NCBI GenBank assembly: GCA_965223545.1
Contig: OZ245006.1
Location: 864,001 to 928,000 of the forward strand
DNA from: Planctomycetota bacterium
Lineage (GTDB): Bacteria; Planctomycetota; UBA1135; UBA2386
Reading direction: 5' to 3'
DNA length: 64,000 nt
Below, piece after piece: positions 1-9,784 of the stretch (its first letter is position 1; each line of letters opens with the position of its first letter). Under the pieces are notes generated by a model. The model searched no databases, was not told the origin of the DNA, and saw only the letters and a list, made by a program, of their open reading frames with translations. The position numbers and the translations under genes are program-made.

Positions 1-2
1 TT

Positions 3-485
3 TTCGAGAGAATGGGGCTGGACGCGGAAACGACCGCGCGTGCACAGATCGCATTGTTCGAAACGTTCTTCGATACGACAATTCATGCAATGTCGTCGCA
101 CATGCCCATGCGCTCAGGAAGGACCTTTGCGATCGACGGCGTGGTTGACACGTACGACCCATTGTATCTCGTACGCATGAAATACGTGTCCGACAGCACT
201 CAGGCTTGGCGCGAGGGCGTCGTGACAGATCTGTTGCAGAGCCACGACCATATTCACCTCCTGACCCACGAGTACATCTGGCACCCGAGCGGCTACCGCT
301 GGGATTCCCTCCTGCTGATCGAAGCCCACACGAAATTTCAGGCCATGTGGGAGCGAGCCCTGGTCAATATCGAGACCTACCGAGAAGGCCTGAAGCTCCG
401 CAAGCACAAAGACAAACAGTTTCGGAAGCGCTTCATGACGAGCGACGAACGAGACGAGGACCCAGACGCAGAGGTGAGCGCGTAG
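3..485 (+). CDS. Hypothetical protein, 5'-partial; C-terminus resembles polysaccharide-deacetylase-like proteins of surface-glycan loci
   Basis: Frame is open from the window edge through ATG at 12 to TAG at 483-485; motifs SSHMP, KYVSDS, HLLTHEYIW; visibly lower GC than the rest of the window. Confidence 0.5.
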   Translation, partial: FERMGLDAETTARAQIALFETFFDTTIHAMSSHMPMRSGRTFAIDGVVDTYDPLYLVRMKYVSDSTQAWREGVVTDLLQSHDHIHLLTHEYIWHPSGYRWDSLLLIEAHTKFQAMWERALVNIETYREGLKLRKHKDKQFRKRFMTSDERDEDPDAEVSA

Positions 486-850
486 TCTGCCTATGCCTTC
501 TCAGCGCGGCCGGGGCCGCAACCAACACCGAGCGCACCGCGACAGTAGCGGAGCTCGCGAATCCAGCGGTGCCGGACGGCCACGCTGAGCGCAGACGCCC
601 GTGTTGCTTCTCAGCGTGCTCTTTCCGCCTTTGTAGGCAGGGAGACAATAGATCCGGGCGTCGCGATTTGATCCGTGTTGGCGAAGCAAACCATCCGCGA
701 GCCACACGCGACAGGCGGCTGCCGTCGCCCTCGTCCATCACGCCAGCACGATGTGACTCTCCCAGCCGGGCCAGGAGCCAGGCGCTCCGAGGTTGTTACG
801 GCGCCTCCGGTCGACCACCCCTGCGGCGAGCTTTGGCCGCGGTCACGCGG

Positions 851-2215
851 TCATGACCTGCCACCGCGCCGCACGAGCCACGCGTAGACCGGCAACCCCA
901 GCGCACACAGCGCCAACCCCCAGGCCGAAGACAGTGGGAAGCGCAGCACCGCGGCGGCGGACACCGCCAGGGCACAGCCCGCGAACAGCAGGCCGACGCC
1001 ACCCCGCGCGGTGCGCCACAGCGCCAGTCCACAACCGGCGTAGAACAGCCAGTCGACGAAGACGATGCCGTTGAGCAGGAAGTCGAGCGCGTGGAGGGTG
1101 CCGGCGCCACTCAGCGCGTAGGTGCCGACCAGCAGTGCGGCCCCCCACAAGCCCTGCACCAGCACACCGACAACCGGGGCCTGCGTGCGCGCATGCAGCC
1201 GACCGACGGTCTCGAAGAACAGCCCGCGGCGCGCCATGGCATGCAGCACGTATGGCGGCGCCAAGCAGATCGTGTTGAGGATGCCGAGCGCCGAGATCAC
1301 CACCGCCGCGCTGATCAGGCGGCCGGCGAGATCGCCGATGCCCCAGGGCGCGAGCGCGGCCGCCGTCGCGTCCTGCGCCACGGTCGAGCTCTGCGCGGTA
1401 CCGCGGTGACCCAGCAAGTCGAGGAAAGCGAGATTGACCAGCAGGTAGACGACCACCACGACGGTGACCCCGAAAAAGATGCCGAGCGGCACGTCGCGGG
1501 ACGGCCGCCGCGCAGCGCCGGCGACGAACGAGCCCTGTTGCCAACCGCCGAACGAGAACAACACCGGCAGGATGGCCGCCGCCAGCCCCGCGAGCCAGCC
1601 GCGCGCCGCCGCCGATTCCGCCGCCGCTTCCGCCACCGCCACCGGCGCCGGCGCCGCGGCGTCGACGAAGCGGACCAGCAACGCGAGCCCGACCAGCACC
1701 AGGACTGCCGCGACCTTGATGATCGTGAGTGCGTTCTGCACCCGCTTGCCGACGCGCAGACCGAGGGCGTTGATCAGGGTGAAGGCGACGATCGCGGTGG
1801 CGGCAACGGCCACGCGGCCGGCCGGCGGCAGGACATCGTGTTCGCCGAACAGCACCACTTCCAGGTACGACGCCATGACCAGTCCGATGACGCCGGCCGC
1901 GCCCGCTTGGATCACCAGCCAGTTTCCCCAGCCGTAGAGGAAGGCCGGCAGCGGGCCGAAGGCGGTGTGCAGGTAGACGAACGTACCGCCGTGGTCGGGC
2001 ATGCGGCGCGCGAGCCGGGCGAACACCAGCGCGCCCATCACCGCCAGCACGCCACCCAGGGCCCACGCCACCATCGCCTGCTGCGGCGAGTCGACCGCGG
2101 CGGCGACACGGCCAGGAGTGAAGAAAATGCCGACGCCGATGATGCCGCCGACCACGACGCAGCCGATGTCGAACGCCCCCAGCTCGCCCGCGGATCTGGC
2201 CTTGGTCTCAGCCAC
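851..2215 (-). CDS. APC-family amino acid permease
   Basis: GGIIGVGIFFTPG TM1 motif, FSFGGW TM6 motif, about 12 hydrophobic segments; GTG start overlaps the stop of the upstream gene. Confidence 0.85.
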   Translation of the reverse strand: MAETKARSAGELGAFDIGCVVVGGIIGVGIFFTPGRVAAAVDSPQQAMVAWALGGVLAVMGALVFARLARRMPDHGGTFVYLHTAFGPLPAFLYGWGNWLVIQAGAAGVIGLVMASYLEVVLFGEHDVLPPAGRVAVAATAIVAFTLINALGLRVGKRVQNALTIIKVAAVLVLVGLALLVRFVDAAAPAPVAVAEAAAESAAARGWLAGLAAAILPVLFSFGGWQQGSFVAGAARRPSRDVPLGIFFGVTVVVVVYLLVNLAFLDLLGHRGTAQSSTVAQDATAAALAPWGIGDLAGRLISAAVVISALGILNTICLAPPYVLHAMARRGLFFETVGRLHARTQAPVVGVLVQGLWGAALLVGTYALSGAGTLHALDFLLNGIVFVDWLFYAGCGLALWRTARGGVGLLFAGCALAVSAAAVLRFPLSSAWGLALCALGLPVYAWLVRRGGRS

Positions 2216-3068
2216 CGCGCAGCTCCCCCGCCAAGTCGACGACATCGCGCTCGACGGTCAAGGCCGCGCTCAGCCGGCGCACCCGCTCCCCGTCTCGATC
2301 GAGCACGTAGACGCGGCCGCGCGCGTCGCGCGCCAGTCCGACCGGTTCGATGAAGTCGTCGTTCTCGCAAACCACCTCGACGCCCCCGCCGGCATGGCAA
2401 CGGCGCAACCCGGGGCGATCGCCGGCGTCGGCCACCAGGGTGTCGCCATCGGCGAGCTCGACGACCGCGATCGGGCGACTGGTCTCGTCCGCGGCCAACG
2501 CGGTCGAGAAGCGGCCGACGTAGCGGCCCGCCAGGGTGAAGCGCTGCACCACGCCGTGCAGAGTGTCCGCCACCAGCAGCTCGCGCGCGCCGGCCCACAG
2601 CCCGCGCGGGGCGCCGAACCGCTGCTCCGCACTGCCGAGCGCGCGCAGCGGCTGCAGCACCGCGCCCCGCCGGCGCAGCCGCTGCACTCCCCGCCGCAAC
2701 GGACGCTCGCCGCAAGCGACGAAGACGATGCCATCGGCGACGACGACGGCCCGAGGCCGATCGAGGGTGCCGTTGCGGTCGCGCGCCGCGGCGCCGGCGG
2801 CGGCCGCCACCGGCAGCCCGAGCCGGCCGACTTCGACGCCGAACGCGTTGAAGCAGCGCACCACGTCGTTGCGGGTGTCGGCGACGAACAGACTGAAGTC
2901 CGGCGCCATGGCCACGCCACCGGCGTCGGCGTAGCCGCCGTCCACCGGACCGTACTCCCACGTCGCGACCAGCCGCTGGGCCTCCAGGTCGAAGGAGAAC
3001 ACGCGGCCGCGGACGTCGGCATGCGCCACGCAGAGCAGGTTCTTGGCGACGGCCAACCCACCGAACAT
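2208..3068 (-). CDS. NHL-repeat (beta-propeller) protein
   Basis: Repeated P-x-[GA]-[VL]-x ... [FL]VADT/VLD units (LFVADTRNDVV, LLVADTLHGVV, TLVADAG, VYVLDRDG). Confidence 0.7.
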   Translation of the reverse strand: MFGGLAVAKNLLCVAHADVRGRVFSFDLEAQRLVATWEYGPVDGGYADAGGVAMAPDFSLFVADTRNDVVRCFNAFGVEVGRLGLPVAAAAGAAARDRNGTLDRPRAVVVADGIVFVACGERPLRRGVQRLRRRGAVLQPLRALGSAEQRFGAPRGLWAGARELLVADTLHGVVQRFTLAGRYVGRFSTALAADETSRPIAVVELADGDTLVADAGDRPGLRRCHAGGGVEVVCENDDFIEPVGLARDARGRVYVLDRDGERVRRLSAALTVERDVVDLAGELRGG

Positions 3069-3157
3069 GAGCAGACTGTCGGCGCCGGCGCGGACGGGCG
3101 CAAGAGACCCTACTGGGGCTAGGCAAATCGGCCGCCGCTGCCGATAGAGTCAACGTC

Positions 3158-3568
3158 GTGACACTCGATGGTCCTCGCTCTGCGGCCACCCCGGCGCCGG
3201 CCACTGCCGCGGCGATCGCCGCCGCCGGAATGCTCGCCACCGCCTGCTCCGTCCTCCCGCCCCGCGGAATGCCGGCGGCCGAGGAGCGCTGGGTCGAGGT
3301 CGAGTACCACTTCGGCGAGCACCCACCGCCGGCGGTCGAGGTGCCCGCGTCGCGGCCCGGGATCACGGTGTACGAGCTGCACACCGAGCCCGCCGACCTG
3401 CCCGAAGTGTTCGACGAGGACCGGCGCTGGCTGCAGCCGAGCACGGCCCATCTCGTGCTGCGCTGCCGCTATCGGGCGTGGACGACTCCGGCAGGCACGC
3501 CACCACCACCGTCCGCGCTGTTTCCCGGCGCGGCGTCGGTGCGCACGCTGCAGCACTCGGTCCACTGA
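3158..3568 (+). CDS. Hypothetical protein, possible lipoprotein
   Basis: Ala-rich hydrophobic stretch ending LATAC; fills the gap upstream of the amidohydrolase; start uncertain. Confidence 0.5.
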   Translation: MTLDGPRSAATPAPATAAAIAAAGMLATACSVLPPRGMPAAEERWVEVEYHFGEHPPPAVEVPASRPGITVYELHTEPADLPEVFDEDRRWLQPSTAHLVLRCRYRAWTTPAGTPPPPSALFPGAASVRTLQHSVH

Positions 3569-3597
3569 GCAGGAACCGCAAGAGGCCTCTTCCGCCG

Positions 3598-4926
3598 ATG
3601 ACTCGCCTCCTGGTGCGCAACGCGACGGTGGTGCCGATGGATGGCCCGGCGACCGCGCCGCTCGGCGACGTCGGCCGCCGCGACTTGGCGCTGCGCGACG
3701 GCTGCATCGAGGCGATCGGCGCACTCGACCAACAGGCCGGCGACACGGTCCTGGACGCCGACGGCTTGGTGGCCATGCCCGGATTCGTGCAAGGGCACGT
3801 GCACTTCTGCCAGACCTTGTTCCGCGGGCTCGCCGACGACCTGCCGCTGATGGAATGGCTCCGGCAGCGCATCTGGCCACTGGAGACCGCGCACGACGAA
3901 GCCAGCTTGACCGCCTCGGCCGAGCTGTCGATCGCCGAGCTGTTGCGCGGCGGAACGACGACCGTGCAAGTCATGGAGTCGGTGCGGGGCACCGAAGCCA
4001 GCTTCGCCGCCGCGGCGCGCAGCGGCATGACCGTGGTCATGGGCAACTGCTTGATGGACCTCGGTGGCGACGGCGTTCCGGCCGGCATGCCGATGACCGC
4101 AGCGGACAGCATGCGCGCCTGCGAGCAGCTGCGGGCGGCGTTCGATCGACGGGGCCGGCTGCACTACGCGGTGTCGCCGCGGTTCGTCCTGTCCTGCTCC
4201 GAAACGCTGGCGCGCGACGCCGCCGCCTTCGCTCGGCAGCACGAGCTGCGCGTCCACACGCACGCCAACGAGCACCCGGCCGAGGCCGCCGAAGTGCGCG
4301 CCCTGCGCGGCGCCGGCGCGCTCGAGGTGCTCGACGCGCAGGGCCTGCTCGGCGAGCGCACCGCGATCGCCCACTGCGTGCACACGTCGCCGGCAGAGCG
4401 CGCACTTCTGACCGAGCGCGGCGTGGCCGTCCTGCACTGCCCGTCGACCAACCTCAAGCTCGGCTCCGGCATCGCGCCGATCGCCGACTACGTGCGCCGC
4501 GGCCTCCGCGTCGGCCTGGGCGCCGATGGCGCGCCAGCCAACAACCGCCTGTCGGCGCTGACCGAGTTGCGGCAGGCGGCGCTGCTGCAAGCCGCGATGG
4601 CGGGACCGGGCGCCTTTGGCGCCGCGCAAGCCCTCGCGGCGCTGACCCGCGCCGGCGCTTCCGCGCTGGGGTTGGACGACGAAGTCGGCAGTTTGGAGGT
4701 CGGCAAGCGCGCCGATGTGGTGCTCGTCGACCTGGCGCGTCACGGCCCCGGCGGCGATCCGCTGTCGCGGCTGGTGTACGCCGCCGACGACAGCGACATC
4801 CGGCACGTCATCCTCGGCGGCGCGCTGGTGCGCAGAGACGGCGCGTGGACCGACCGCGACGAGGGCGCGCTCCGCGCGAACGCCGAACACGAGCTGTGCC
4901 GGCTGCGCGGCCGCGCCGGGATCTGA
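3598..4926 (+). CDS. Amidohydrolase, MTA/SAH/5'-deoxyadenosine deaminase-like
   Basis: MPGFVQGHVH (HxH), HTHANEH, AHCVH, HCPSTNLKLGSG, GLGADG, GSLEVGKRAD motifs. Confidence 0.85.
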   Translation: MTRLLVRNATVVPMDGPATAPLGDVGRRDLALRDGCIEAIGALDQQAGDTVLDADGLVAMPGFVQGHVHFCQTLFRGLADDLPLMEWLRQRIWPLETAHDEASLTASAELSIAELLRGGTTTVQVMESVRGTEASFAAAARSGMTVVMGNCLMDLGGDGVPAGMPMTAADSMRACEQLRAAFDRRGRLHYAVSPRFVLSCSETLARDAAAFARQHELRVHTHANEHPAEAAEVRALRGAGALEVLDAQGLLGERTAIAHCVHTSPAERALLTERGVAVLHCPSTNLKLGSGIAPIADYVRRGLRVGLGADGAPANNRLSALTELRQAALLQAAMAGPGAFGAAQALAALTRAGASALGLDDEVGSLEVGKRADVVLVDLARHGPGGDPLSRLVYAADDSDIRHVILGGALVRRDGAWTDRDEGALRANAEHELCRLRGRAGI

Positions 4927-4955
4927 CCGGGGTCGAAGGTCACCGGACCGCCGCT

Positions 4956-6764
4956 TCAGCTCTCGTCGCGCTGGATGCGCCGCAGCTCGTCCAGCGCGCG
5001 CTGGTAGGCGCGGCCGATCGCCCGGCGCTGCAGCACTCCCAACAACCGCTGCGGGTCGTCGCTCTGCACGACCGGCAGCTCGTCGAGCTTCTTCTGGTTG
5101 AACTTCTCCAGCGCGGTGTGCAGGTCGTCGTCCAGCGTCAACGCGATCGGATCGACCGTCATCAGGTCGGCGGCGATCGCCAGCCGGTGGATGCTGTCGT
5201 CGAAGGTGAACTCGCGCACGTCGTGCGCCGAGAAGATGCCGACGAAATGGCCGGCCGCATCGAGCACCGGAAAGTAGTCCTCCTTGCTGTCCGCAATCAG
5301 CCGGACGACCTCGGCCAAGGGCATCCCGGTCGACACGGTGCGGTACTGGCGGTCCGGCTCGAAGACGTCGGCCACGGTCATCTTCTCCAGCAGCGCGACC
5401 TGATACTCGCCGCGGTGCGCGGCCGAGTGAGCGCGATTGGCGACTTGGCTGCGGTAGATCGTCTTGCCACTGGTCAAGATGAACGTGATGCCGCACACCC
5501 ACATCGCCGGCACCAGCAGCGCGTAGCTGCCCGTCATCTCGGTGACCATGATGATCGTCGAGATCGGCGTCTTGGCGGCGCCGGCAAAGAAACCGCTCAT
5601 GCCGACGATGACGAAGCAGGCGGGGTTGGCCACCCACCCGGCCTGCTGGAAGGCGATCCCGACGGCACCGCCGATGCCGCCGCCGATGACCATGCTGGGC
5701 CCGAACACGCCGGCACTGCCGCCCGACGACACCGTCATCGACGTGGTGAAGATCTTGATCACGCCGACCAGCAGCAGCAGGCGTGCCCCCTCCCAGCCGC
5801 CAATCGCACCGTCGAGCGACTGCTGGATCAGGCCGTAGCCGTAGCCCATGACGGCGAGCGCCGATTCGTCGGCGATGCACATCCACAGGGCGACGCCGGT
5901 CGCGCCGCACAGCAACCCGCCCAACGCCGCCACCAACGGCCGCGGGCCGGGGATCGCGGCAAACCACCGCTGCGCACCATAGAACACCGCCGCGTACGCG
6001 AGCGTCGAGGGCACCAACACCAGCGCCAGCACCGTGTAGGGCAAGAGCTCGGTGACGTCGTCGAAGACGAAGCCTCCGGAAAGCGCGAACAGCCGGCCGA
6101 AATCGCCCATCCAGGCGCAGAACACGCAGTACGAGACCGCCGAGGAGATGAACGACGGGATGATCACCTCGGACTCGAGCTCGGCGTCGCGATAGAGGAT
6201 CTCGGCGGTGAACAGGGCCCCCGCCAGCGGCGCGCGGAAGATCGCACCGACCCCGGCCCCCATGCCCGCGGCCAGCAGCACGCGGCGCTGCCGCGGCGTC
6301 AGCTGCAAAGCGCGCCCCAGCCACGCACCGATGCCGGCGCCGATCTGCGCGATCGGCCCCTCCCGCCCACCGCTGCCACCCGTACCCAACGTCAGCGCCG
6401 TCGCGACCGCCTTGACGAGGGGGACCCGCGCGCGAATCTGGCCGCTCTGGTTGTGGTAGGCGTCGATCACCGCGTCGGTGCCATGCCCCCCGGCCTCCGG
6501 CGCGAACCGGCGCGACACCCAGCACGCCAGCAGCCCGCCGCACGCCGGCGCCACGAGCAAGCCCCACACCACGATGCCTGACCCGGCGTGACCGGTGCCG
6601 AACGGCCGCAGCTCACCGGCCGGTCCCGGTGGCGCATAGCCGACCAACGAGTGCAGCACCACCCACTCGACCCAGTGGCTCAGATACTCGAAACCCACGG
6701 CCCCCACTCCGGCGCCACAACCGACCAGCGCGGCCAGGGTGTAGAGACGGCCGTGGATTCTCAC
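4956..6764 (-). CDS. CLC chloride channel/antiporter with two C-terminal CBS domains
   Basis: GGSGGREGP, GAIFRAPLAG, GGSAGVFGP motifs; CBS pair at the C-terminus. Confidence 0.9.
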   Translation of the reverse strand: MRIHGRLYTLAALVGCGAGVGAVGFEYLSHWVEWVVLHSLVGYAPPGPAGELRPFGTGHAGSGIVVWGLLVAPACGGLLACWVSRRFAPEAGGHGTDAVIDAYHNQSGQIRARVPLVKAVATALTLGTGGSGGREGPIAQIGAGIGAWLGRALQLTPRQRRVLLAAGMGAGVGAIFRAPLAGALFTAEILYRDAELESEVIIPSFISSAVSYCVFCAWMGDFGRLFALSGGFVFDDVTELLPYTVLALVLVPSTLAYAAVFYGAQRWFAAIPGPRPLVAALGGLLCGATGVALWMCIADESALAVMGYGYGLIQQSLDGAIGGWEGARLLLLVGVIKIFTTSMTVSSGGSAGVFGPSMVIGGGIGGAVGIAFQQAGWVANPACFVIVGMSGFFAGAAKTPISTIIMVTEMTGSYALLVPAMWVCGITFILTSGKTIYRSQVANRAHSAAHRGEYQVALLEKMTVADVFEPDRQYRTVSTGMPLAEVVRLIADSKEDYFPVLDAAGHFVGIFSAHDVREFTFDDSIHRLAIAADLMTVDPIALTLDDDLHTALEKFNQKKLDELPVVQSDDPQRLLGVLQRRAIGRAYQRALDELRRIQRDES

Positions 6765-6807
6765 GACCCCACGCGTAGCAGCGCCCGTGCCGCGGCGCAA
6801 GCACCCT

Positions 6808-8202
6808 TCACCGGCGGCGCGCGCAGAGCGCGGGCACCGCGGTGCCACTCACCACCAACAGCACGATCGCCGGCCACGGCTGCAGGAGCAGACGTCCCAG
6901 CGCCGTGCGCAGGTGCCAGTCCAGGTTGTGCGGCGACACGGCGACGAAGTACAGCAAGAACGCGGCGACCACCGCGAGCGGCACCGGCAGCCAACGCCAC
7001 GCTCGTCGCCAATCCGGGGCGCGCCCGACGCAGAGCGCGTAGGCGCCCAGCCACAGGTAGCCCATCCCGCCCCATTCGCCTTCGGTCGACAGGCGGTAGA
7101 CCCGCGCCAACGCCGCCGAGGCCACCTGCCGGTAGCGATCGGGTTCGGCCAGGCGGGCGGCGATCGCCGCCCCATCGGTGCCGGCCGCGAGAAGATCGCT
7201 GGCGGGCGCCAACCAGACTTTGAAGAGGACCACTGCCAGGCACGGCAGCAGAGCGCCCGCCGCCACCTCGACGGCGGCGCGGGCTCGCAGGGCGCCTCCG
7301 CCGCCGCGCCAGCGGCACCAGCCGGCACTGACCACCGCCCACCCCAACAGCGCCGCGGCGAACAAGAGCCCCTCGTCCTTGGTGAACGCCGCGCAGCCCG
7401 CCGCCAGGCCGGCGAGCGCGGACAGCTGGGTGAGCACTCCGATCAATGCCGCGCTGGCAAAGAACGCCACCGCGACATCGGCGGCCTGCTCGGCGCCGTG
7501 GCGCACCAAGAACGGCGTGCCCAGCAGCGCCACCGCCGCCAACGCCCCAGCGGCACTGCCGCGCCGCAGCGCCACGGCCGCGCCCACCGCCGCCACGGTA
7601 GAGGCCAACATGGCGACGCCGAACACCAGCGGCCACAGCGCGGTGCGCTCGCCGGCGTAGAGCCAGCCGCGGACGACGCCGCACGGCAACAGCAAGGGGT
7701 AGTCGACATGCGCCAACCCCTGGGCACACAGCACCAGGTCCCATTCGCCGAACGCCTCGTGCAGGAAGCGCGCACGCAGGTTCCAGATGCCGATCGCATC
7801 CCCGTTGCCGTGCGGCAGCTCGACCGCGGTCGCGATCAGCGACGCGAGCGCCGCCACCGCCATCACGCCGACCACCGACCACAACCACCACCGCGCCGCC
7901 GGCCCGGCCGCGGCGGGAGCCGGCCAGACTAGGGGACGCCGCCAGCGCGCCACCGCCCAGGCACCGGCGCCGAGGACGACGTCGCCCAACACGACCGTCC
8001 CCCGCCCCAGGCCGAAGCACAGCGCCCAGAGAAAGGTGAACACCGACGTCATGCCGAGGCCGATGCCGAACGCCAGCGCGATGCGCAGCACGCGGCCGGC
8101 GCCGCGCGCGCCGCGCGGCATCCCCGCCGCGGACACCACCCAGCGACCGACCGCGCCGCTGGTGGCCAGCGCCGCCAACGCGAAGATCACTGCCGACGCC
8201 AC
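6808..8202 (-). CDS. Polytopic membrane protein, GT-C (ArnT/PMT-like) glycosyltransferase candidate
   Basis: More than 10 TM segments with loop motifs GDAIGIWNLRA, DYPLLLP, ADV, TKDEG. Confidence 0.6.
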   Translation of the reverse strand: MASAVIFALAALATSGAVGRWVVSAAGMPRGARGAGRVLRIALAFGIGLGMTSVFTFLWALCFGLGRGTVVLGDVVLGAGAWAVARWRRPLVWPAPAAAGPAARWWLWSVVGVMAVAALASLIATAVELPHGNGDAIGIWNLRARFLHEAFGEWDLVLCAQGLAHVDYPLLLPCGVVRGWLYAGERTALWPLVFGVAMLASTVAAVGAAVALRRGSAAGALAAVALLGTPFLVRHGAEQAADVAVAFFASAALIGVLTQLSALAGLAAGCAAFTKDEGLLFAAALLGWAVVSAGWCRWRGGGGALRARAAVEVAAGALLPCLAVVLFKVWLAPASDLLAAGTDGAAIAARLAEPDRYRQVASAALARVYRLSTEGEWGGMGYLWLGAYALCVGRAPDWRRAWRWLPVPLAVVAAFLLYFVAVSPHNLDWHLRTALGRLLLQPWPAIVLLVVSGTAVPALCARRR

Positions 8203-8732
8203 AACACCACCTCGCTGCCCTCGCCGCTGACCGGCTCGAAGCCGGCACCGCTCAGGTCGACGGCGTGCTCAGGCGACTCGTAGTTGCCGACGACGAACCT
8301 CGCGTGCTCGTACAGGGGGGTCGAGGGCAGCGCCACGATGCGCGGCACGAGCGCTTGCTGCGTCAGCATGTAGTGCAAGAACGCGCGTTCGGCGCGCTGC
8401 TTGACGGCGGCATCCGCCATGCCCTGCTCGTAGGTCACCCCCATCATCTCCGCCGCGGTGATGTAGCCGACGATCGGGATGCCGACGCCGAACGGATCGA
8501 CCGACGGCCCCTCGCGCGGCAAGTGCTCGAGCACGGCGTCGAAACGGCGCGCGTAGTCGACTCCGGGACCGGTGCGGTCGGCCGCGCGCCGGCACAGCGC
8601 GATCGCCTGACCGGCGGCCGCCCACACCGCCAACGCGACGAAGCCGGCGAGAGCCAGCGCCGCCAGCCGCGGTCGGCGCGGCATTTGTCGCGGTTCCGCG
8701 TCGCCGCTAGGGTGTGCCTCGCCGTGCCGCAT
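8187..8732 (-). CDS. Hypothetical membrane-anchored protein
   Basis: N-terminal hydrophobic helix (LAALALAGFVALAVWAAAG); overlaps the start of the GT-C gene; alternative start at 8684. Confidence 0.6.
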   Translation of the reverse strand: MRHGEAHPSGDAEPRQMPRRPRLAALALAGFVALAVWAAAGQAIALCRRAADRTGPGVDYARRFDAVLEHLPREGPSVDPFGVGIPIVGYITAAEMMGVTYEQGMADAAVKQRAERAFLHYMLTQQALVPRIVALPSTPLYEHARFVVGNYESPEHAVDLSGAGFEPVSGEGSEVVLWRRQ

Positions 8733-8760
8733 GACCGGCCGAAGAATACCCCTGCCCGCG

Positions 8761-9708
8761 ATGACCATCGAACCAAACCGGCCCGGCGACGGGGCGGCCG
8801 CGCCACCGCCGCCGCGCGTCGCCTGCGACGCCAGCACCGGCCGGCCCATCCTGCTGGCGCCCCAGCGCCGCCACCGGCCGTATCTGTTCGGTGAGCGCGC
8901 GCGCGGCGTGTCCTGCCCCTTCTGCGAGGGCGAGGAGAGCCGCACGCCGCCGGAGGTCGATGCGCTGCGGCCACGCGGCGGCGCCGCCGACGGTCCCGGC
9001 TGGACCGTGCGGGCGGTGCCCAACCTGTACCCGGCCAGTCCGCAGCACGAGGTCGTGATCGAGGGCGCGGCCCACACCGTGCACCCCGCCGCGCTCGACG
9101 CGGCGCTGTTGCCGCAGGCGATCGCGCTGTACCAGCGCCGCATCGCCGCCATCGAGGCGAACTCCGGTGTCGCCTGTGCCTACCTGTTCAAGAACGTCGG
9201 CCGCCGGGCGGGGGCCTCGATCGCCCACAACCACAGCCAGGTGCTCGGCCTGCCGATGATCCCGCCCCGCCTGCAGCTCGAGCTCGAGCAAGGCCGCGCG
9301 CACTCGCGATGCCCACACTGTGCCGAGATCGAGACTGCGGCCGCGGATGGACGGATCGTCGCGCGCAGCGACCACCACATCGTGCTGTGTCCACGCGCGC
9401 CCAAGTTCCCCTACGAGACCTGGCTGCTGCCGCTGGCGCACGACGACGACTTCGTCGCCGACGACGACGCGCTCCGCGCCGACCGGGCGCGCGCGCTGGC
9501 GGCGATGTTCACCGCCCTGCGGCGGAACTTCGACGACCCGCCGTTCAACATGTTCTTGCACCGCATTCCGAAGACCGACTTCCACTGGCACTGGGAGCTG
9601 GTCCTGCGCACGGGCAACCTCGCTGGTCTCGAGCTCGGTGGCGACATGTACATCAACGCGGTCGAGGGCGCCGAGGCGGCCGCGCGGCTGCGCGGATCGC
9701 GGCCCTGA
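8761..9708 (+). CDS. galT: Galactose-1-phosphate uridylyltransferase (GalT/HIT-like) family protein
   Basis: CPFCEGEE, VPNLYPA, HEVVIE, FKNVG..AGASIAHNHSQ (HxHxQ), AGLELG. Confidence 0.75.
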   Translation: MTIEPNRPGDGAAAPPPPRVACDASTGRPILLAPQRRHRPYLFGERARGVSCPFCEGEESRTPPEVDALRPRGGAADGPGWTVRAVPNLYPASPQHEVVIEGAAHTVHPAALDAALLPQAIALYQRRIAAIEANSGVACAYLFKNVGRRAGASIAHNHSQVLGLPMIPPRLQLELEQGRAHSRCPHCAEIETAAADGRIVARSDHHIVLCPRAPKFPYETWLLPLAHDDDFVADDDALRADRARALAAMFTALRRNFDDPPFNMFLHRIPKTDFHWHWELVLRTGNLAGLELGGDMYINAVEGAEAAARLRGSRP

Positions 9709-9784
9709 AGCGTTCGCGCCCGATTCGCCTCCCCGCGGTCGGATCCCGTGCGCGCCCCGGCACCGCCGGCTACCCTGGGCGGTC

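Noticed and set aside
486..642. Possible integron attC site after the low-GC gene
   Set aside because: The inverted ends GCCTATG/TGTAGGC do not fit RYYYAAC...GTTRRRY, and there is no integrase or second site in the window
3168..6581. 1137-aa and 1032-aa Arg/Ala/Pro-rich ORFs
   Set aside because: Alternative frames over the amidohydrolase and CLC genes; composition typical of non-coding GC-rich frames
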